64,000 nt of DNA from Octopus bimaculoides. Its lineage: Eukaryota. The position numbers were made by a program, and so were the translations under genes. The stretch covers positions 47,428,886 to 47,492,885 of the forward strand of contig NC_068981.1 of the NCBI RefSeq assembly GCF_001194135.2. The letters are read 5' to 3'. This document shows, piece after piece, positions 39,478 through 50,560 of this stretch; within the stretch, counting starts at the first letter, position 1, and each line of letters opens with the position of its first letter. The notes below the pieces were generated by a model. That model did no database searches, was not told the DNA's origin, and saw nothing but the letters and a program-made list of their open reading frames with translations.

Positions 39478-39662
39478 ATGTGACAGTCCCAATAAGGGAA
39501 TATACTACTGCTATTTAGCCCTAGGAAGATGGGCCGCTTCCTTTCGGCTTTGACACATTTCCTGTGTCCTTATCTTTGCGAGGGGGAGACAAACTCCTCC
39601 ACCCAGCTTAGCCTGCATTCAGGGACATGTTTCTGAGTCTTTGCTCGTCATCAGCCTGATTA
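39478..39662 (-). mobile_element. ~185-nt hammerhead-bearing repeat unit (retrozyme- or pLTR-like)
   Basis: GC-richer unit with the hammerhead at its 5' end (minus strand), directly after (AAT)n. The boundary at ~39478 is estimated. Confidence 0.45.
39619..39659 (-). ncRNA. Minimal type-I hammerhead ribozyme motif, near-canonical
   Basis: Minus strand: TCAGG CTGATGA C-GAG-CAAAGA-CTC-A GAAA CATGTC CCTGA. Perfect 5-bp helix I, intact CUGAUGA and GAAA, palindromic helix III ACAUGU, GUC cleavage triplet. Confidence 0.75.
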
Positions 39663-39664
39663 TA

Positions 39665-39731
<67 letters not shown>
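39662..39731. repeat. (ATT)n microsatellite
   Basis: Read directly. Confidence 0.98.
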
Positions 39732-39732
<1 letters not shown>

Positions 39733-40210
39733 GTTTTTCTTGTTTCTTCAAATTTTCTTCCACTTCTTGCCAAGTGTTTTCCGTACACATGGGGCAGAGA
39801 AGCTCATTGGATGCATTCCCAGTTTTCACACGCAAATTTACAGGTAAAATATGTATTTAAAAAGAATAAATAAATAAATAAATTCATGAAAGGATGTTGT
39901 TTTCACAGCGATAATGCTCTTCTCAGTACATGAGTCGTTCCGGTTAACACAATTGTTTGCACTTCCTGTAGGGATGGTAAGCATGGTATCATTTTCAAAT
40001 AGGCTTCAGTACCGTTTATCGTTCCTAGAGATCCTACAATCACTGGTACGGTAGTCGCCTTGAGGTGCCACATTTTTAAAATTTCTATTAGCAAGTCTTT
40101 ATATTTACTGATCTTGTGAAATTCCTTCGCCGCTATATTATGATCGCAAGGAATACACATGTCAATTAATAAACACTTCTTCTTTGATCGATCTTTTATA
40201 ATAATACCCG
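39732..40210 (-). mobile_element. R4-clade LINE 3' fragment (endonuclease + 3' UTR)
   Basis: ORF 39903-40358: KPGIIIKDRSKKKCLLIDMCIPCD...KYKDLLIEILKMW...VIVGSLG...LTGTTHVLRRALSL. Terminal hairpin at 39763-39802. Confidence 0.9.
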
Positions 40211-40211
40211 G

Positions 40212-40252
<41 letters not shown>

Positions 40253-40261
40253 TATTATTAC

Positions 40262-40336
<75 letters not shown>

Positions 40337-40379
40337 CATCATCATAGACGTCGCACAATATACAATATCGTGAGGTTGC

Positions 40380-40675
40380 TGATTGAAGATATTTTGTCTA
40401 CCGGGAATTTGTAGTTTGTCAAGTCACAAGGACAACAGAGAGACATTTGTGTACGCTATATGCGTGCAGTTTCGACTAATGCGGGCATTTCCAATACATC
40501 TAGGTTGTAGGGTATTTCTAAGGTTTTCAGACGGTTTTTTTTTCCAGATTGGGTGTTATTGAACTCAATGATCCAATGACAATAGGGATAATCTTTATCT
40601 TCGACGCACGTAGCTACCATATCTTAACGATCTCAGTTCTCAAGTCTTCATGTTTTTCAACTTTTTCTATTTCTA
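40380..40675 (-). mobile_element. R4-clade LINE extreme 3' fragment
   Basis: EKVEKHEDLRTEIVKIW, followed by IPIVIGSL-like and ALVET-like remnants. Confidence 0.75.
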
Positions 40676-40677
40676 TC

Positions 40678-40749
40678 ATTATGATGATGACGATAATGAT
40701 GATGATGATGATGATGATAATGATGATGATGATAATGATGATGATGATA

Positions 40750-40785
<36 letters not shown>

Positions 40786-40850
40786 GTCATCATCATCATC
40801 ATCATCATCATCATTATTATCATTAGTAGTAGTATTAGTATTATTATTAC
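40678..40850. repeat. (ATG)n followed by inverted (CAT)n, then (ATT/AGT)n
   Basis: (ATG)n to 40785, GT, then (CAT)n 40788-40814. Confidence 0.95.
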
Positions 40851-40879
40851 CATTGTTCCTTCATTACACAATGTAGATT

Positions 40880-42230
40880 AAAATGCATCTAGCAAGTCAC
40901 AACAAGGACCTCAGACAGATAATAATTTCCTTAAAATGTGCCCAATTCGGCTGCTTTTTGGAAGTCATCAGTTTTGTATGGGATTTCCAGTTCCCTTAAG
41001 ATGTCTTGAAATTTCAATGGCATTGTGACCAACGCTCCGATCATCACTGGTATCATTTTTATATTACACTCTCGCATTTCATAGTCTTGCCATTTCCACT
41101 TTGAATTCGGAGTACTTGGTGATATTTTCAACCTCTTTGCTCACAACATTCATGTCATTTGGCATGGTTAAATCAATTATCTGACAGCATTTGTCTCCTT
41201 TACTCGATATTAAAATATCTGGCCGAAGGTGTTCGATTACACGATCCCTCTAAAAATCTTACTCTCAGAGCATTGTTACTTTCCCATCCTCCTGCATAAT
41301 TTTAATTGGTACATGCTCATACCAGTTCTTTCTTACTTAATATTGGTATTTACGTCATAAGATCCAATGAAGATACACACACGTCTGATCGTTGCGGCGC
41401 TTGTATTCTTTTTGTGCAAGGCTCTCACATCCACTTATCAACTGGGTCACATTTTCCACACACTTTCCAGTCTGCATTTCAGGGTGTCAGAAGTTAGTTT
41501 TACAGATATTGTACTCCACTGATCAAGATTTCGGTGGTACTGTTCAAATCACCTCACTCAAGCCATGCCCACGATGCTGTATTATCCTTAACGTCTTGTG
41601 TATTCCTTTCAAACTCTCCATGCATTCCCATTTGAAGAAGTTATTTTCTCTTCTCCGCTCTTTGGTTAAACTCTTCCTTGCTCATGATTACATCTGCATT
41701 TACACCCATATCTTTCGCGACATATTGCACAGGTCATCATTACTATTTATCAAATACTCGGCAAGCGTTCTCCTTTAACAGCTTATACAATAGTCCATAC
41801 TGAATAGTCCTCTGCTACCATTCGTTCTTTTCATATATAGTATCTTTACGTTTTCTGTAGGATGCAGCGCCCCAAGCAGCGTCATCAACTTTCTTGTCCT
41901 TCTACCCAGTGCTGATATTTCCTCATTAGTCCATTTGAGGATGGATGCACTATATCTAACCACCGCAACTGCCCAGATATTCATTACACTAATCAAATAT
42001 TAAGCATTCACGTTGGATTTCATAACAATATTAACCCTTTTTTGATACGCCTCGCTGAGTTGCCATTCATTTCTCCGAGTACAATGTCATCCAGCTCAAA
42101 CCTCCCTAAATATCTATATCTACTACAGCCTGGTTCACCCATGGTCTCTCCTGATGTTAACCACAATCCTTTGCAGGATGCTTTATTCTCTCAATTTAAT
42201 ATCAAATACCAGCAAGATTTGAAATGTTAA
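40880..42230 (-). mobile_element. R4-clade LINE 3' portion
   Basis: ORF 41775-41996: NIWAVAVVRYSASILKW...GALHPTENVKILYMKRTNGSRGL. Also EHLRPDI and FQKAAELGTF. Confidence 0.9.
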
Positions 42231-44094
42231 ATTTTCTGTGTAAATTAGACAGATGTAGATAAATTTCATTTTATATTTATAAGCAGCAGCTCAATCAACA
42301 ATATTCAATTTTTACTTCACTAGAAACAATGTCACAGCTGTGTGGAAAACGTATGAACAATTTTATTGTTGATATGGCGTACGGTGTCTGTGATTCTATG
42401 TAACAGTTCGCTCTTGGAAGCATGTAAATGAACCGGTCTGCGTATGTTTATAATGCAACGCAACTGCAGTTTTAGCATTTTGTACAATTATATATATGTT
42501 TTATTTATCATTTGCATAAGTACAGTACATACATTTACTTTAAATATTTAGTTACAGTTTGCAACTTCCAACCGCATATCGTTTCCTCTTGCTCGATCAT
42601 TGGAAACGAATTGTTTGCTTTCTCTAAGCACTATTAATAAAATATGAGATCAAATACTACATTCGATTTCGATTCTTAAGTCAATCTGTTTATATCTTAT
42701 ATGTTAACAATTTGCAAGATTCTCAATCTTGCAAATCTAATGTATTTAAATTGCAGCACAAGGTTAACCTTCATATAACGTATCATATTTCACAATATAT
42801 TGCGTGTAAACTTTCATACAGTTTTAACGTAGTTCTCGGCAATGTAGAAGAACAAGAAGAGTGAACTGCGACATGTCAATGTCCACAATATTTTGTAATA
42901 AAAGTTGCAGTTATGAATAATTTTTCATTTCTCAGAAATACTTACCCATCTAAAAATTCATGCGACTAAATCTAAAACATACGCATTCATTTTCGCGTCA
43001 GAGTTCAATTAGACTGGTGAATGAGGAGAATTTCTTTCAATAAAACATTTTAAATATTTCAATCAGAAATTTCATATCTGTCTTACTTTTATATTTACAT
43101 TTAATGGGAGAAAATGATGAATAAACATCTAATAAGATAGCTAAAACCAAAATATGAGAAAAACACTGGAGGAAAATTGAAATAAAATGTAAAATTCATT
43201 AAGATGAAAAATATTTTTACGTGTATTATTGTAAATATAACAAAGAGAAAATTAATTAAGTTTTGTAAAAACTATGACACATTAACTTGTAATTAATTTT
43301 CATGGAAGAAATTGCCTCTGGTGACTATATATTAAAAAAAAAATGTACGTTAGGTTGAGGCAATATAAATGTGTTATTCTTTCATTATTTATTTTTCTTT
43401 TCACCGTTTTTCTTAAGTTATTACTAGCAATTAGATGAGAATATGAATTCATCTTTCCGATATAGAAGTAAGATGACTGATTCTTTGACTAAATTCAAGC
43501 AATATTACATATAAAAATGTATTGTTTTCAATGTTTTATGGTTTGCATGTTTTAATGTTATTTTCCAAATATCATTTCATTGTTGTCTGAGAAAGTACAT
43601 GCCTATTGTGACGTAACCAACTCGCATACGTATCAATAATTATATCAGAATCATCTACTATGATGTCAAGGCAATCCATTTTAATTTAGAATACATTAAT
43701 AATTCGTAATTCCAATAATAATGGAAATAATAATGGTATAGAGATTTCGCAGATAGCTAGGAATAAATCAAAATTAAATGAGAAGGTAGTTGATACTGAT
43801 ACTGTGGCTTTGTTGTGATTGATGATGCTGATGATGATGATAATGATGACGACGACAATGATGTCGGGGATGCTTAGCATAATTATGATATTACAGAAGT
43901 CATGAGATTGTTAATGACGTTTTCAAAAGTTAGAAGGATTAAAATAACTATAGAAATGTAATAATCTCAGTAAAATACAGCATTATAGTTATATTAATCG
44001 TCACCAATTATGTAAATATCTCCAACTTTGTAGAAGGATATTTTGTGGAGTATTTGAAGTTCACTTAAAATAAGATTTAAACACCGAAATGTAA

Positions 44095-44285
44095 TGCAGT
44101 TCTATATTTAAGAGATTAGGAATAATGTACATTATTTACCTTATTTACATTTCACGGATATTTGTATTCATCTTGTTTCTTGTTAACACAACGTTTCGGC
44201 TGATATACCCTCCAAACTTCTCCAGGTGTCTTGGGCAAATTTGAAACCTGCGTTCTCATTCCTATGGTATTTTTCTATGTTGTTG
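44095..44285 (-). mobile_element. Hammerhead-bearing pLTR-like repeat, left inverted arm
   Basis: Reverse complement of 44127-44285 aligns with 46558-46727. Its end 'tcttaaatatagaactg' also occurs at 48413-48473. Confidence 0.75.
44185..44230 (-). ncRNA. Degenerate type-I hammerhead motif
   Basis: Minus strand: GACAC CTGGAGA A GTTTG-GAGGGTATAT-CAGCC GAAA CGTT GTGTT. Helix I and III are intact, A6 is G and helix II is damaged. Confidence 0.55.
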
Positions 44286-44330
44286 TTATTGTTGTTGTTG
44301 ATGTTATTATTATTAATATTATTATTATTA

Positions 44331-44397
<67 letters not shown>

Positions 44398-44410
44398 TAT
44401 TATTATTATT
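44286..44410. repeat. (TTG)/(TTA)n microsatellite
   Basis: Read directly. Confidence 0.97.
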
Positions 44411-46545
44411 CAGATCGCTGAAAAGCAGAAGGGATGCTGCAAGTGCTCATACGGCTGTAAAGACCAATTAATGATCAATAAAGCCATAACTGAAGACAGA
44501 CACAGAAAGAAGTAAGGCCTCAGTATGGCGTGGATCGACTACTGAAAGGCTTTCGACAGTGTTTCCCACACGTGGATCCTCAAAACACTAGCCATTAACA
44601 AGGTGGCACCAATTATTATAAAATACATAAAGCACTCTATGAATAAATGGAAGACAGTGCTACAGCTCCAAACAAAAGAGAGACTCGTGAAAACGAAATC
44701 CATCCCCATTAGAAGAGGAATATTCCAGGGAGACACGCTCTCTCTACTTCTGTTCTGCCGGGCACTCACACGTTTAACTGAATTGCTAAATAGAACTGGA
44801 TGTGGATACAAATGTTACAGCAAAACAATCAGCCACATTTTATATATGGATGACCTAAAATTATACGCTAGAAATGATAATGAGCTGGAAACACTACTGC
44901 AGACAGTACATGGATTTACCAAGGAAATAAATATGAAATTCGGATTATAAAAATGTGCCAAAGCAACCCTTAAAAGAGGAAAACTAGTTAAGAGTAGCAA
45001 CATGACACTGGATAAAGCCAATGAAATAAGAGAATTAGACGAATGCCAGCCATACAAATATTTCGGAATCAATGAACTAGATAGGATACAACACACACAA
45101 ATGAAAGAAAAAATAAAGAAAGTACTATAGACGAGTTAGATCAATAATAAAAACAGAGCTCAATGCTAAAAACAAGATAATACGTATTAACACTTTAGCC
45201 GTCCCAGTTATAAGTTACAGCTACAATATCCTTAACTGGACACTAAAACACTATCTAAAATAGACAGGAAAGCAAGAAAAATAATGACAGGATATTAGAT
45301 GCACCACCCAAAATCTGACATAGAAAGGCTATATATACAACGCACAGAAGGTGGCAGGGGTCTTATACAGCTGGAAAACTATTATAAAATAACCACCATA
45401 GGACTGCAAAAATACCTACTCCAGAAGCAAGGAAAACTAATACAAATAGCCACAAAACACGAGCAAAACAAAAAACTGTTTTCAGTATTTAAGGAAATAC
45501 AAACAAGAATTATACTACATAACAGATACGAAGAAGAAGAAGAAGAAGAAGAAGAAGAAGAAGAAGAAGAAGAAAAAGAAGAAGAAGAAGAAGAAGAAGA
45601 AGAAGAAGAAGAAACAACAAAAGCTATAAAACAAATGAAATCCAAACTAAAACTAGAACAGCAACGGACCATGATGAAACGATGGAAAGAAAAGTCCCTA
45701 CATGGTAAATACTGGGCTAAACTAAATGCAAAATAAATAGACAGAGAAAAAATCCCAGCAATAGTTGTGAAGCTCAGGATTCAAAGCAGAGACTGAAGGA
45801 TTTTTAATTGATGCACAAGACCAAAGCCTCCCCACCAGAAATTACCAAAAACATATAATGAAAAGAAACATAAGTAGTAACTGCAGAATATGTGGTGATG
45901 GACAAGAAACAATAAATCATATTATCTCTGGCTGCCAAGTGCTGGCTAAGAAGGAGTATATTCACAGACACGACAGAGCTGGGACCTATATACACTGGAA
46001 GCTATGTCAACACTATGGAATAACAACAGAAACATATGGTTTAAACATACGCCGGAAAAGGTCTCAGAAAACGAGAAAGCAGCCATACTCTGGGATATGC
46101 CAATACACACAGATAGAGAGATTAAGGCAAATAGACCAGATATACTTGTCAAAGATCATGAAGAAAAAAATGCTTTCTAATTGATGTATCAATACCAGCA
46201 GATGAGAACGTTTCTCTAAAAGTAATGGAGAAACTTTCAAAATACAAAATCTTGGAAATAGAAGTAACTCGAATGTGGAATCTAAAAACAGAAACAATTC
46301 ATATCATAGTAGGTGCCTTAGGTATAATTAAAAAAAACTCAGTCAAATACCTAACCAAAACACCAGGACTTACAAATATATATATCATACAGAAAATTGC
46401 ACTACTGGGCACTGCGCACATCCTACGCAAAACACTTTCAATACAGTAACCATAAGAGCATCACAGCAAACCACATAACATACCCAAGGCACACAGAGCT
46501 GCGCTCGGTAGTGAAGTGAAAGCACGTTATAAAATACAACTACTG
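44411..46545 (+). mobile_element. 5'-truncated R4-clade (Rex6/Dong-like) LINE, the best-preserved copy
   Basis: KQKGC..SYGCKDQLMINK, AWIDY.KAFDSV, RGIFQGD.LS, YMDDLKLY, HPKSDIERLY...GGRGL, CRICGDGQETINHIISGC, RHD, LWDMPIHTD..IKANRPDI, LIDVSIP, ALLGTAHILRKTL. A few stops and frameshifts. Confidence 0.95.
45530..45613. repeat. (GAA)n expansion inside the LINE ORF (in-frame poly-Glu)
   Basis: Read directly, and seen as the E-run in ORF 45299-45736. Confidence 0.97.
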
Positions 46546-46557
46546 AATAATAATAAA

Positions 46558-46727
46558 AACAATAACATTGAAAAATACCTAAGGAGTAAGATCCCAGGTT
46601 CGAAATTTCCCCAAGAATCCTGGTGAAGGCTGAATGGTATATCATCCGAAACCTTGTGTTAATAAGAAAGAAAATGAAGACAGCTATCCGTCAAATGCAA
46701 ATATTGTAAATAACGTAAATAATGTAC
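46558..46727 (+). mobile_element. Hammerhead-bearing pLTR-like repeat, right arm
   Basis: Inverted homolog of 44127-44285. Confidence 0.75.
46615..46660 (+). ncRNA. Degenerate type-I hammerhead motif
   Basis: GAATC CTGGTGA A GGCTG-AATGGTATAT-CATCC GAAA CCTT GTGTT. A6 is G, with further damage in helices I-III. Confidence 0.45.
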
Positions 46728-48779
46728 CGAAATGTAAAGCTGAATTTTCTGATTAATTCTCCCTGTCTCTTCTTTCTATCGAAGAAATTCCAAATATTAG
46801 AAACTGTACCCCATAATCGCTCTCTGCAGTCGAACTCACACTCTACTATAGCTTTACACACTATGTATTCGGTTGTGCACAACATTCTGAATTTTTAATA
46901 TCAAATATTTCTCTTATTTGGGTGCCAATAATAATGGTTTTCAGTACCTTTCGCTCAGCATCTCCCTCATTTTCCTATTCTCCATCTGACCCTTTCAAAG
47001 CAATTCTAACCACCGGCATCACTTTAAATATATATATTATTTTTCATTGAGAACGTATATCTCATTTTACTGTGCTTCAAATTCTTCATTTTCGATGAAA
47101 GTTACTCTTATCGTCACACCATGCTGTTACACGTGCAGAATCTGAATTTTTTTGCAATTTTCTAGATCAACATATTTCATTGCAATTCACATTTTAAAGC
47201 TATACACAGACACCCCACTTTTGATGCTTTATTAAACTCAAATGCACAAAACCTATCAAATAATTTATATATCTGCAACACTCGGGCCATTCAAACATTC
47301 TCTTTTTGCGAATATATCCACCATAAAATCATGCCCCACAATACACCCTTCATTGCCCTTCAGGTCGAGGAGAGTTAGGCATACAATCCTTGCATCTATC
47401 ATACAAGAAAAAATTAATATCGCTTGACACCTTAATTGTTCATTTATTGCTGTGTCTAAATTTGTGCGGTGAATAAGGTCTACAACTTATGGAGCAACTC
47501 CCCGGTTGCCAATACTTAGCTCTGCATGTCAATGAATGAAAATTTTAGAAACAAAATGCACAATACCAAATATTCCATCATGCATCACAATGCTCTCAAA
47601 CCAGCTTTCCTGCCAGTAAATTTACAGATGAACTTTCTAGATCTGTGCCAAATGAATTTCCTCCAACTTTGTGAATGCTTCTTTTCTTCTTCTCAACAAA
47701 AAAAAAAATATCTGTGACCAGCACACCCATAGAGAATGCCTTTATCTTCGGTGGCCCCTTTTGGATCGAGCAGAAAATTATATGCTAAACATATATTATC
47801 CAAATATATCTAATTCATACACAACATTCTCCCGATTATGTATGCACGTATAACAAGTACAAAAATACCACCGGTTAATTCAAATAATGAAGTCCATCGA
47901 CAAAACGTTTCTTTAATATTTACAAGCATTGCATCATGATACAAGCTACGGTACTCAAAAGTTCTTGGGCTTCTACCTATATGTTAATATATTACTTGTG
48001 GAAAAAGATACGTTGCCAAGAAAATATACCGTTCTGATCCGTTTATCTAAAGTTCTATTTTGCTTTAATCTAATATGTTTAATGGATAGAAGTATACAAA
48101 CAAAAAAATAATAAATTCCTTCTCTGTATTTCTGTCTCTTTTCAGGGCTTCAACAGTCAACTCTATTATCTCGGTAGATTCACAACAGATGGAGACACAC
48201 ATTTCACTCCCAGTGAGCACAAACAAATCTTTCTACTTAATTCACTCTCATATTTTTTTATCTCTAGATTCGTAATGTGCGTAATGTGCGTGGATGGTGA
48301 TTTAGTTTCTTCTGTTCGACTCTCAATCATAGGTGCAACTATGTTGTTGGTTTTGTGTCCGACATTTCTACTACAACATACAAATTTTTATTTACATTAT
48401 GTACATTATTCGTCGAGTGTAAATAATGTAAATAATGTTCATAATTCCTCATCTCTTAAATATAGAACTGTATACAAATGTTTACCGTCACATTCGAAAA
48501 TGCACATTCTAACATAGATGATATGGATTATCATTCCTCATCCACTTTCCGTAGATACCCACAACCGTCACGCATACTCGACACCAAAGAAGATACCTGC
48601 ACTATTTCACTGAACGGGACCCACTAAAACATTGTGCAGCGGTGAATATACTAAACTTGTTTCCACATCAGAAATTCCAAGCAATGACGAAATCTAATCA
48701 CATCATCAAACAAATATAGTCAATACTTCGCTAGATATTTCCCAGTGACTCAATATTTTAGAACTCACTATCTACGAGA

Positions 48780-49070
48780 ATATCACTTTGTGAAATGCTG
48801 CATCTCAAAGTTTAGGCGAGCTCTTCAAGAACAAGAATTGCAACGTCTTCCTACAGCTATTGATGTTGTACAAAGCCAAATGAGACGCCAAATAAGGTAT
48901 TGTTTACACATCGGGAATAGTGTTTCTACTAAAATCATCGCCATCCAGGATTACGTCACCCACAGAATTATCTCAAGCTCTGAACCACAGATGTGCTGTT
49001 TCTTTCCTAGCTCATTCTCTGGATTTTATTAAGCTGCAGTAATCAGCTTTTTGAACAAGAAATGGTTACT
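48780..49070 (+). mobile_element. CR1/jockey-type LINE C-terminal remnant
   Basis: LQLLMLYKAK...VYTSGI and LSQALNHRCAVSFL resemble the LYKA..RP.LEY and L.HRR.VA motifs downstream of RT. Confidence 0.45.
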
Positions 49071-49207
49071 TGACTCTATTCTCTACTCAGGAAATACTGT
49101 AAAGCGCGTCTTTTGTTTTCACTTTAATATATCGGGATCAAATCCCAACAGACTCTTCACTAATCTATATGCCATGAACGTAAGCGTTTGAATTTTTTTT
49201 TTTATCA

Positions 49208-49425
49208 AAAGCGGCGAGCTGGCAGAAACGTTAGCACGCCGGGAAAAATTCTTAGCGGTACTTCGTCTGCTGTTACGTTCTGAGTTCAAATTCAGCCGAG
49301 GCCGACTTTGCCTTTTATCCTTTCGGGGCCGATAAATTAAGTACCAGTTGCGTACTGAGCTCAATCTATAACGACTGGCCCCCCTTCCCAAAACTTTTGG
49401 GCCTTGTGCCAAGAGTTGAAAAGAA
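49208..49425 (+). mobile_element. tRNA-like SINE, family A (reference copy)
   Basis: Head 'aaggcggcgagctggcagaaacgttagc'-like, B-box-like GAGTTCAAATTC. At least six related copies or fragments occur in the window. Confidence 0.9.
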
Positions 49426-49699
49426 TATATTTTTTGTTCAGAACAGTTTTGCTTATGTCAACATGTAACAGTTTAAATCGAACTTTAATGGCATTTGTAA
49501 AAATGACATTGTAGAGTACTGCAAAAACACATGCACTGTTCATCTGTTTATGTGTCTACGTTCATATGTACTTGTGTCTATGCCACACATTAGATTTTAG
49601 ATACTGTAACCTGACAGGGATATTAATATAGTGAATCAAAAAGCTCTGATTCATTTAATACACATTTGATATATGTATTTATAGCATTGAGTGATCATG

Positions 49700-50560
49700 A
49701 AGCTTTTAAATAAATAGATTCTTCTTTTTCGTGGAAGTTATCTGAAGGACGGAAAATGTCGAAAATCATGTTGTGAGCGAAAGATATGTAAATTTCTACT
49801 TGGTTCCTCTTTTATTTGGGCGGCATTTTTGTAAATATATTTTGAGAATGACTTGGGAATGTTGTTGCCGTTGTGTTACAATGTGATTAATATATTTGAG
49901 GTTGTTATTGAAAGATTTCATATGTGTGGCCATTGTTGTTATGTGGAGCTAAATAATCTAGTGTTTTGCTCTTAGTTTTCTAATTTCTGTTGGACACAAA
50001 ATTTACAACTTATCTGCATTTCTATGGCTTAGTTTCCTTGCTATTTGCTTATTCATTGTTTAATCTAGAATTTTATTTCAACACGTGTGGAATCGGTTTT
50101 ATTTTGTCTGGGGCTGTCAGTAAGTTTTAATCAGATTGACGAATGACTTTGTGTAATTGGACTTGTATTTTTATATGCTGTTCTGAAACATATACAAGTT
50201 CAACGGCTTTATAAGGATTTTCAGTAAAGCCCATTATTCAAATTGGTAATACCTTTGTGGTGAATACTTGAAAATTGAATTCGGAATTTCTTTTCGTTTT
50301 GCTGTTTTAAAGTTTTGAAATTGATCGTACTGTGATGGACGAGCTAGTGTATGTGATGATAGAAATATACAGAATATCCGAGGAATATTGAGAGTACATT
50401 TGGTGATGTTGGCTTCTGTGTGTGTGGAGAATATGAAGTATATGAAAGATTTCAAGTTGTTGCCTAAATAGGAGGAATATTTGACTTGGTGTGGTATATA
50501 CGGAATATGTATTTCCAGTATTGAAGAAGTTGTTTAACAGTAGGGTGTGTTAAAGATATT
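49700..50560 (-). mobile_element. Decayed LINE RT/C-terminal remnant (jockey/I-like)
   Basis: Strand-biased broken coding sequence with LIKTY and IRKLRAK...HI remnants. Confidence 0.35.

Noticed and set aside
43690-43790. Possible exon NTLIIRNSNNNG...EK with AG/GT ends
   Set aside because: Weak pyrimidine tract, low complexity and no recognisable homology.
49740-49780. CTGAAG-GAC...GTC-GAAA motif
   Set aside because: A9 is missing and there is no convincing helix I or III.
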